From Candidatus Hodarchaeota archaeon (GTDB taxonomy: Archaea; Asgardarchaeota; Heimdallarchaeia; Hodarchaeales; Hodarchaeaceae), in NCBI GenBank assembly GCA_016839785.1, contig JAEOTQ010000121.1:1-34706 (forward strand): a stretch of DNA of 34,706 nucleotides. Reading direction: 5' to 3'. A program made the position numbers and the translations under genes. Positions 27,683 to 34,706 of this stretch are shown piece by piece. The notes under the pieces are model-generated. The model did not search any database and had not been told where the DNA came from. It was given only the letters and a program-made list of their open reading frames with translations. Every line of letters starts with the position of its first letter. Position 1 is the stretch's first letter.

Positions 27683-28993
27683 TTAAATAGGTTGAATATA
27701 ACCCCATTTTTCCAAAGCTTGTCTTAATTCCTTGTGACTTTCTGCTTTTTCTTCTAGCGTAATTCCATCCCTCACAGCTTCCAATGCTTGAACTGTTGCT
27801 TTTGCACCATCATGAGAACCATTTGGATGGCCATGAATTCCACCACCAACTTGGAGTGCCATGTTAGTGGTTCCATATACCTTCATTACTTCAGGCAGTA
27901 CCCCAGGATGTAATCCACCAGATGCCACAGGTAGTGTGCCTTTTATCTTACCCCAATTTTGATATAAATTACGATCAGGATGTTCCTTCACTTCAGTTTC
28001 TAGAAGCATATCTCTCATATCAAGAACATCTTGTTTAGGAGAATCCAGCTTTCCTACGACAGTTCCAATGTGGATCTGGTCAACTCCTATAAGTCTCATG
28101 AGTTTAGCAAGCATATACATGGAGATTCCGTGGGTGTAGTGTTTTGTAAAAGTGGCATGCATGGCTCGATGCGCGTGGATAGCCATATCTAAGTCACCAG
28201 CTAGATTCCTAAGGGTCTGAACAGCTGCAAATCCTGTTGTGACAACATCTACCATAAAATAGCGAAAACCATTGTCGTGTAATAATTTCACTCTTCGTTC
28301 CATTTCATGAGTTTCTGCTGTAACGTTGATAAATGCATCCTTAATTTCTCCAGTTTCATTCTGCACTTTATCACGAGCTTTTGCCATTTTCGTTACACGA
28401 TCTTCAAATCTATTCCATACCTGAGATGTTAAATTTTCATCATCTTTAATGGCATCTATTCCTCCACTCCATACATCAATTGCAACTTGTACATGTTGAT
28501 CTGTTGTCATGCCAATTTTAGGTTTTGGAACACACGAGGTTATTGGTCCGACATCTTTTTTGAAAATTCTCTTGATTGCATCTACTCCCATATGGGGACC
28601 TTTACTTCCATTGACATAATCTACTGGTAAGGTTGTATCTATAAGTCGTAGATTTCGAACAGCTTTCATTCCGAATATATTTCCTGCAATTCCACTCATT
28701 AATTGTGGTACATTGTCCAATTCCCACAATTCAAGAGGATATGAGATTTTCACGTGATTATTGGTATTCCAGAAGGCTCTTGCTCGCTTCTTAAAGATTT
28801 CATCATCTAAAGTTTCTAAAGTGGTCCATGTACCTATACTGGACTCTGAGGCCAACCTTCCGATGAGATCATCTACTGAAACGGAGTCAGCTTTATCAAA
28901 ATAGAAAAGGGCGACAAGATCATCATCCCTTGGTGTATAGTCTCTATCAATAAAATCGTGATACCATTCAATTTTTTCTTTGTCTTTAGTCAC
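27683..28993 (-). CDS. rbcL: Form III ribulose-1,5-bisphosphate carboxylase/oxygenase large subunit
   Basis: ASESSIGTWT, PKPKIG, GIDAIKDDENL, HAHRAMH, HIGTVVGKL, SGGLHPG and GGGIHGHP, so all canonical catalytic positions are present. GAGGAG SD before GTG. Confidence 0.97.
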   Translation of the reverse strand: MTKDKEKIEWYHDFIDRDYTPRDDDLVALFYFDKADSVSVDDLIGRLASESSIGTWTTLETLDDEIFKKRARAFWNTNNHVKISYPLELWELDNVPQLMSGIAGNIFGMKAVRNLRLIDTTLPVDYVNGSKGPHMGVDAIKRIFKKDVGPITSCVPKPKIGMTTDQHVQVAIDVWSGGIDAIKDDENLTSQVWNRFEDRVTKMAKARDKVQNETGEIKDAFINVTAETHEMERRVKLLHDNGFRYFMVDVVTTGFAAVQTLRNLAGDLDMAIHAHRAMHATFTKHYTHGISMYMLAKLMRLIGVDQIHIGTVVGKLDSPKQDVLDMRDMLLETEVKEHPDRNLYQNWGKIKGTLPVASGGLHPGVLPEVMKVYGTTNMALQVGGGIHGHPNGSHDGAKATVQALEAVRDGITLEEKAESHKELRQALEKWGYIQPI

Positions 28994-29027
28994 TTTTATT
29001 TCTCCTCATGGATAAATAATTCTTTAT

Positions 29028-29061
29028 TTGCGTTAATTCGCAATTTATTAGTCACCGTGAC
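29028..29061. promoter_or_regulatory. Two palindromes upstream of rbcL
   Basis: TTGCG-N6-CGCAA (29028-29043) and GTCAC-C-GTGAC (29051-29061). Confidence 0.35.
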
Positions 29062-29115
29062 GAGAATTGATGCTATTAATACGCATTCTGATACAACTTT
29101 CGGCATCAATGGAAA

Positions 29116-30162
29116 CTAAGTAAAAATATCTTCGTAGGTGATTTCATAAAGTTTATCTGAAGCTTGAGTAAATTTCGTCACTTTTGGAATGTATAATTGT
29201 GTCTCCTGCTTGGTTATGACTGGAAAATTATAGTATTCGTTTGTATATCTTATAATTTTTCCCATGTTTTCCCTATTTTTCACAAATCTCATATGATCAG
29301 CAATTCTTTTCTTAACTCGCATTTCTGATAATTTAACAACCCCTGTGACCTTTTCATGTATGTAATCTTTGAAATGCGTATCGATTTCGACCCCAATACT
29401 ATTTCTTCCACTCATCATCGCTGCTAACATTGTAGTTCCTGTACCGAGGAATGGGTCTAAAACAATATCATTATGTACTGAGAACATATTAATTAGTCTA
29501 TAAGCCAACTCAAGCGGAAATGCTGCACTTCGTTCACGGGTTGCTGTGTTTTTAAGTACTTGCCCTACTCCTTTTAAATCCCAGGTATCAGAATACCATA
29601 TATTCCGTTCTTCCCAGAAAAAAGCGCTCTTTCGACGCATATGTTTTTCTTTCTCGGTTTTAAATTCACGTTTTCCACCTTTCCTGAATATTAGAATATA
29701 TTCATGCTCTAATGTCACATAAGCTCCTGGTGGAAGCATTCCAGACCCCATGAATTTATTGGGGGCATTAGTTGGTTTTCTCCATAAGATACACGGGAGA
29801 ACATTAAATCCAAGCTTGGTACAATGACCAATTATTCTGGAATGATTCGAATATAATTGAAAGTTCCTCCCAATCGTCCGAACGGCATCACCAATATTAA
29901 TACAGGCAATTCCCCCGGGAATTAAAACGCGATAGACCTCATCCCAGATCTTTTCTAATTCTTGGTGCATTAATTCAAATGCTAACATTCCTTTGTTATT
30001 TGATAATGCCGTTTCAATTTCAGGATTAAGTTTAATGAATAGGGAATCCCATAGTTCAATGATAGGATATACACACGATGTTACAACTAGAGCAACGCTA
30101 TTTTCTTTCACTGTATTCATTTTTTGAGCATTAGCAATAATCAATTCGTGAGTTGTACGCAT
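29116..30162 (-). CDS. Beta-class amino (m4C/m6A) DNA methyltransferase with atypical catalytic motif
   Basis: N-terminal LVVTSCVYP (normally TSPPY), RVLIPGG, HEYILIFRK, AAFPLELAYRLI and C-terminal motif I VLDPFLGTGTT. Confidence 0.9.
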   Translation of the reverse strand: MRTTHELIIANAQKMNTVKENSVALVVTSCVYPIIELWDSLFIKLNPEIETALSNNKGMLAFELMHQELEKIWDEVYRVLIPGGIACINIGDAVRTIGRNFQLYSNHSRIIGHCTKLGFNVLPCILWRKPTNAPNKFMGSGMLPPGAYVTLEHEYILIFRKGGKREFKTEKEKHMRRKSAFFWEERNIWYSDTWDLKGVGQVLKNTATRERSAAFPLELAYRLINMFSVHNDIVLDPFLGTGTTMLAAMMSGRNSIGVEIDTHFKDYIHEKVTGVVKLSEMRVKKRIADHMRFVKNRENMGKIIRYTNEYYNFPVITKQETQLYIPKVTKFTQASDKLYEITYEDIFT

Positions 30163-30267
30163 AATAAATTAACTTCTCCGAAAATTTGCATTATATGAAA
30201 TTATTTGTGCTTTGAATTATTTTAAAGGGTGTACAACCCTATTCGCTAGTATAAAAAAAGGTTCGCT

Positions 30268-30753
30268 TTAAATAAAATTCTTATTGAGCTCTGTGAAAAG
30301 AGTATCAACCTCTTTAATCCCTTTCTTATAATAACCCCAAAAATCTCTTGCCTTAAAATTATCCTTTGACAATTTTTTATCTTTTAAAAATTCATGCAGT
30401 CCTTCAGCTGCCTTTTGAGACAATATAATTAATTTTAAACTTGGCAATTGATCGAAAAAATTCACTGTAACTTTTTCAAGTTGTGCTCCAACATTTAATG
30501 GGTGAATCTGATCGATTTTGTTGTTATTTGGAGTGATTAAAGTATAAGGAGGTGTTACTCTACCAATTAAACCTATGTAATGAAGTATTTCTGTTAGGGA
30601 TCCTCTTAAATCCTCATTTATTGGATCAATAGATTTATTCGGAGAAGAATCAATAATTTGTGAACATAATTCTAAAATACGCTGATACTTGACCCCATCC
30701 AAATAGTACAACAAGTGTTTTTCACTATCATACCCATCTGGGAGAATTCTCAC
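30268..30753 (-). CDS. Hypothetical protein
   Basis: 161-aa ORF filling the gap, globular composition, GTG start, no motif recognised. Confidence 0.65.
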   Translation of the reverse strand: MRILPDGYDSEKHLLYYLDGVKYQRILELCSQIIDSSPNKSIDPINEDLRGSLTEILHYIGLIGRVTPPYTLITPNNNKIDQIHPLNVGAQLEKVTVNFFDQLPSLKLIILSQKAAEGLHEFLKDKKLSKDNFKARDFWGYYKKGIKEVDTLFTELNKNFI

Positions 30754-30837
30754 ATGAATATCACGGATATATTGTATGGATTTAAATAACTTGGATAGAG
30801 AGGAGGAAAAATCATGAATCCATTCATCTATTATTTT

Positions 30838-31086
30838 TCATGATTCATTCCACAAGGAGGGGATAGTGGAACCGATAAACGTTAGAAGGTGATCGATTTC
30901 CTTCCAGCTTATTTTTTCATCCTTTAAAATGTCTTTAAGTGGTAAAAAAGCTTCTTTTATTCTCTTACCAGCAATTTCCATGTTGGTAATTGCGTCTAAG
31001 AATTCATGTTTGAGTATAAATTCCCCTTTAACTAAGTCTTCACAAGTTCCCTGATATGAAGAAATAAGTTCATATTTGTCTTTCAT
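30838..31086 (-). CDS. Small hypothetical protein
   Basis: 82-aa ORF with a strong GAGGTGGAG SD directly upstream. Confidence 0.7.
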   Translation of the reverse strand: MKDKYELISSYQGTCEDLVKGEFILKHEFLDAITNMEIAGKRIKEAFLPLKDILKDEKISWKEIDHLLTFIGSTIPSLWNES

Positions 31087-31155
31087 TTCTCCACCTCGAT
31101 TGATAGCAATTTTCGATAAATGTTCAGGAAATTTAAGTTATTTGATTGCCGAACT

Positions 31156-31476
31156 TCACCCAATTGTAATTAAAACTTGTTTCAATAAACTTGAATACCC
31201 TATTAAAGCCGATCGTCCATTCTCTGTTATATAAACTAGGGTACGGGGTCTTAGATCAACGAATCCCTTCTCTTTATTGATAAATCCTTCTTCTTCCAAT
31301 CTAGCAAGATGTGTATTCAAATTTCCTGATGTAACTCCTAATGTTTTCTGAATAGTCGAAAAAGCTAGTACAGAATTGAGATGAAGAAGCATTAGCACTC
31401 CTAGTCGAACTGGTTCATGAATTGGGGAAGAAAGATCCTCAAGTAACGATTCTAATGAGGGAGGATGTTGATTCAT
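31156..31476 (-). CDS. Winged-helix transcriptional regulator (ArsR/MarR-like, HTH_34 type)
   Basis: IHEPVRLGVL...TSGNLNTHLARLEEEGFI...RPRTLVYITENGR. Confidence 0.9.
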   Translation of the reverse strand: MNQHPPSLESLLEDLSSPIHEPVRLGVLMLLHLNSVLAFSTIQKTLGVTSGNLNTHLARLEEEGFINKEKGFVDLRPRTLVYITENGRSALIGYSSLLKQVLITIG

Positions 31477-31497
31477 ATTTTCACCAAATTCTACCTT

Positions 31498-32166
31498 TCA
31501 TGTAAGTCGACCGATGGTAAAATAACTAATTATTCCTGAAAAAGAGAGGATTAATCCCAAGATACTACCAAATAACAATTGAGCTAATTCAATTGGTACA
31601 ACTATCACAATAATAATCGCTAAGAATAGAGAAATTGCCCCAAGAATTATCAATCCGCTTCTAACTTTAGGATTCCCGGTTTCTACAAAAAGTAACTTGC
31701 TAGATATAACAAATCCCACACAGGCAAGTAATCCCCAAATTATGGTGATAAATTCACTGTTATTCACCCCCAAAAGCACTATCATTATATGAGCTAGCAT
31801 AAATAAAGAAAGTGCTAGAATTCCAATTCTTTTATAGGCTTTATTCCAATTGATTATACCTGTTGAACCCATTGAGAAGGAAATTGCGGAAACGATAGGG
31901 ACTAAATACAGCATCCATACGGAGAGGAACATGACTGGTTCTTGAGTAGGGGCTAAACTAGGATCTCCAGTAACCCCAAATATGAAAAAGGCTGGATCTA
32001 CCCCCATAAATCTATTGAAAATATATGAGATCCATCCACCTATTATCGCAATAAATCCTGATATACTTAAAATTAACAAAAATCTGTTAAATTCAGCTTT
32101 ATGTTGATAATTTTCCACTTTTTCCAGAATATCGATATGAGATTTCAGCTTTTCTATTGATGACAT
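31498..32166 (-). CDS. Hypothetical multi-pass membrane protein co-transcribed with the wHTH regulator
   Basis: ~6 hydrophobic helices; GGAGAGGT SD; 21 nt gap to the regulator. Confidence 0.8.
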   Translation of the reverse strand: MSSIEKLKSHIDILEKVENYQHKAEFNRFLLILSISGFIAIIGGWISYIFNRFMGVDPAFFIFGVTGDPSLAPTQEPVMFLSVWMLYLVPIVSAISFSMGSTGIINWNKAYKRIGILALSLFMLAHIMIVLLGVNNSEFITIIWGLLACVGFVISSKLLFVETGNPKVRSGLIILGAISLFLAIIIVIVVPIELAQLLFGSILGLILSFSGIISYFTIGRLT

Positions 32167-32262
32167 ATAGACCTCTCCACAGGCTTATTCCTGTAAACTA
32201 ATTATGTTTGATGATTCAATGTCCAGTTTGGAGTTGTTCGAGCTATTTTCCCTTTTCTAGAC

Positions 32263-32285
32263 TTAGTTCATGATACAAGAACTAA
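32263..32285. promoter_or_regulatory. Inverted repeat TTAGTTC-N9-GAACTAA, candidate operator
   Basis: Perfect 7-bp arms ~100 nt upstream of the membrane protein/wHTH operon. Confidence 0.4.
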
Positions 32286-32374
32286 ACTCAATAAAATACT
32301 TTTGAATGAACTAGTCTTTGATATTCTGTTTAATCAGGTTCTGATGTCCAAATCTGAGATCCTAAGAGACTCAA

Positions 32375-33286
32375 TCATTCAGATTCGATTTCTGGATAAT
32401 CTTGTAAACTTTCTTCTGAAATATAAGGCTCAAGATGAACAATCATTGAGGCTTTCTCTTCCTGTTTTAAACGAGAGGCAACTTTTTCAGATATATGATG
32501 TCCCTCAAGAACAGAAAGGGAAGGGTTAACTAAAATGTGCAGATCTCCCATATATCCACCTTGTATTGAACGAACACGAATCAAATGAACTTCTTTTACT
32601 CCTTTGACATCTATTGCACATGCATGAATAGAACGTAATACGTCTTCAGGAGGAGCTTTATCAACCAATATATTCCAGCCCTCGAAGAATATAGTTAATC
32701 CAGTATAACCAATTAAAATGCAGATGATGATGGCCATTATCGAATCCAGCATACCTATTTGAAAGAAAGCAAAAACCATGCTAACTCCCACTAAAAGCGA
32801 GGAAAAAACATCTGTTCGAAAATTTTTTGCATTTGCAATCAAAGCTGGTGAATGAACCTTGTTTCCCACACCTAAGATGACGTAGGATATAAGTATCTTT
32901 AATGCCACACTAAATACAGCGATAATCAAACCAGAGATATGAAAGACAAATTCCTGTTGGGAAAAGAATTGATTTAAAGCAGTCATTAAGATTTGGATAC
33001 TGGAATAAGTTATCAGTACAAAAATGCCAAGGGAGAAAAAAATCTCCATCTTTTCGTGACCATAAGGATGAGAGGTGTCAGGAGGTCTATTAGCTACCCG
33101 TACTCCGATATATGCAAAAATAGAGGTAATTATATCGAGAAATGAATCAACCCCATCAGCTAATAGGGCGGTACTACCGATTACAATACCAATTGCCAAC
33201 TTGAGAACAGCTAATACTACATTCACTGAAACAGCTAGTGCTGTGGCAAAACGAATTAACTGCCTATCAGAATAGTTGGCTAGCAA
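32375..33286 (-). CDS. Cation diffusion facilitator (FieF-like) transporter
   Basis: ALLADGVDSFLD, PPDTSHPYGHEKME, ANAKNFRTD and C-terminal dimerisation domain ending IVHLEP. Confidence 0.93.
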   Translation of the reverse strand: MLANYSDRQLIRFATALAVSVNVVLAVLKLAIGIVIGSTALLADGVDSFLDIITSIFAYIGVRVANRPPDTSHPYGHEKMEIFFSLGIFVLITYSSIQILMTALNQFFSQQEFVFHISGLIIAVFSVALKILISYVILGVGNKVHSPALIANAKNFRTDVFSSLLVGVSMVFAFFQIGMLDSIMAIIICILIGYTGLTIFFEGWNILVDKAPPEDVLRSIHACAIDVKGVKEVHLIRVRSIQGGYMGDLHILVNPSLSVLEGHHISEKVASRLKQEEKASMIVHLEPYISEESLQDYPEIESE

Positions 33287-33459
33287 TGGTATACCCTCAA
33301 GTAAAGAAAAATTTCAATGCTTTAAGTAATTCGTGCATTTTACTTCCTGAATAAATTAATCAATCGAATGGAAGGAATTTAGGTTAATAATCTCGTTTCA
33401 GCTAAAGACTAAAAAAACCTTCCTTCTTCAGTATTCGTGGAGTTCAGGAGTAGTTTATC

Positions 33460-34706
33460 ATAAGTTCAAACGATTTTTATGAATCCTTTGTCACGTCAGC
33501 CCTTTATTATACGAAAAAAAATTCCCCCAAGATACAATCACTCCTTTTAGAAGTTCCTTCAGCATCACCATTATCTATATTTGATGAAGATACTATTCAT
33601 AAAACTGATTCACTTTCCGACGAATCAGGAAACATGTCTAGCTCAACATCTATTGAACGTGCAACGGAAAGTATAACAACGAGCCGAGAATCACTGCAAA
33701 AATCAAAGACGATATTAATACCATTAACCTTACCGCATTTTTATCCTGATGTTCCCATACCTGAGGAAGTATCCACTGCTCCAAAGAAGAAAACCAAAAA
33801 GAAAAAATCAAAAACAAAACAACTGCTTTTAGATGCTCTGACTAATAGCAAGAAGGAATTCACAAAAAGATCCAAGGGAAAACAAACGGATCAATTAAAA
33901 AAGTCCCAGAAAGTTTCTCGCATGTCAAAACGTCAAAGAAAGGAAATCGAATTCGACCGAACTATTGATTTAACTCAATTTATTCCAGAAGAAGGTCATA
34001 AAGTAAGAATCGACAGTCAGAAAACTGTGAATATTGAGAATTCTAGTCAAGAAATTAATATACCTGATATTAAACCTACGATACGATCAAGTATTCCAAT
34101 TTTAACTGAATCGGATCAATTTCCTTTTACAACTCTATCAGAATGGCTTATTTGGCATAGTAATTTTCCAGAATTGGCTTTTGTACGTGAGGCATATGAT
34201 CTAGATGCTGTACCGCTGGATTCAGATGAAATTTATTGGATAAGTGTCATGAATGAACCAGAATTTTTTAACTCCAATTGGAAGATGGCAGGATCGATAA
34301 TTCATGATCTAAATTTGGCAAAGAAGCAAGGACCCCCTAGTGGAACTCCCGATTTTGATATGGATTTGGGATTGACCGAGGGATTTTCTACTCTATTTAC
34401 AGATATTTATTTGATTCTCACAAAAATGCCGAATGGATTAAAAAATTATCGTTATCCAGTGCTGCAACTCGCTTTGAAAGGATTGCTGCTGCTTGATCTT
34501 GTATACTTAGACCAAGATATCTGGTTTGCTAAAGAATCAGAAGAGGAATTACATATAAGGATTAAAAACCTCGATGAATTTGTAGAACAACAGGAAGAAG
34601 AACTGGATTACGAAAATAATGTGAAAATTTTGATGGAAGCTAGTGTATGGCAGAAAGGAATTGTTTGCTTTGATCTGTTAATTACGAAATCCATTTATCT
34701 ATCTAC
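33460..34706 (+). CDS. Large hypothetical protein, 3'-truncated by window edge (absent from ORF track)
   Basis: The frame is open from the TAG at 33451-33453 to the window end (>410 codons). It has an S/T- and Lys-rich N-terminal region followed by a globular-looking region. The start is either ATA 33460 or ATG 33634. Confidence 0.8.
   Translation, partial: MSSNDFYESFVTSALYYTKKNSPKIQSLLLEVPSASPLSIFDEDTIHKTDSLSDESGNMSSSTSIERATESITTSRESLQKSKTILIPLTLPHFYPDVPIPEEVSTAPKKKTKKKKSKTKQLLLDALTNSKKEFTKRSKGKQTDQLKKSQKVSRMSKRQRKEIEFDRTIDLTQFIPEEGHKVRIDSQKTVNIENSSQEINIPDIKPTIRSSIPILTESDQFPFTTLSEWLIWHSNFPELAFVREAYDLDAVPLDSDEIYWISVMNEPEFFNSNWKMAGSIIHDLNLAKKQGPPSGTPDFDMDLGLTEGFSTLFTDIYLILTKMPNGLKNYRYPVLQLALKGLLLLDLVYLDQDIWFAKESEEELHIRIKNLDEFVEQQEEELDYENNVKILMEASVWQKGIVCFDLLITKSIYLS

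Noticed and set aside
27683-28993. RuBisCO-like protein (form IV) or Calvin-cycle locus
   Set aside because: The catalytic residue set is complete, arguing against form IV, and there is no small subunit, PRK or activase in the window.
23790-33275. Antisense ORFs at 23790, 24488, 26273, 32302 and 33075
   Set aside because: Shadows of the beta-helix and CDF genes.
1-34706. CRISPR arrays, tRNA/rRNA genes, integrases or proviral genes
   Set aside because: No regularly spaced repeats, cloverleaf-like GC-rich segments or recognisable mobile-element proteins found by eye; tRNAscan/Infernal would be needed to exclude small RNAs.

Overview
AT-rich archaeal chromosomal segment. It is most consistent with an Asgard archaeon, probably Heimdallarchaeia/Hodarchaeales-like. 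This is an inference from a longin-like domain fused to a membrane protein, a TPGFE-TM-basic C-terminal sorting signal, an archaeal-order HAD-ECH fusion, form III RuBisCO, GGTGA/GGAGG Shine-Dalgarno sites and T-tract terminators. The first ~4.6 kb is a partly decayed accessory patch holding a methyltransferase, small membrane proteins and gene fragments. It is followed by a beta-oxidation pair (thiolase and 3-hydroxyacyl-CoA dehydrogenase/enoyl-CoA hydratase) converging on a GAF-GNAT-PlsC-GNAT run. Next come an RNase D/Rrp6-like nuclease, a purine PRTase, redox genes, a HAD nucleotidase, an RlmF/METTL16-like methyltransferase head-to-head with a Cys/Met PLP lyase, and a GDSL esterase. A cell-surface block at 18.4-26.9 kb contains a CTERM-anchored repeat protein, an MFS-longin fusion, an unannotated 41-aa ORF and a 1495-aa beta-helix protein with an inserted EPN-type C-type lectin. 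The rest holds a Mesh1-like HD hydrolase, RuBisCO, a DNA methyltransferase with SCVY in place of SPPY, a wHTH/membrane protein pair, a CDF transporter and a long unknown ORF running off the right edge. I saw no tRNA, rRNA, CRISPR array or intact mobile element. The best candidate for an under-described system is the MFS-longin fusion and its flanking surface proteins. All functional calls come from motif recognition by eye; no database search was run.
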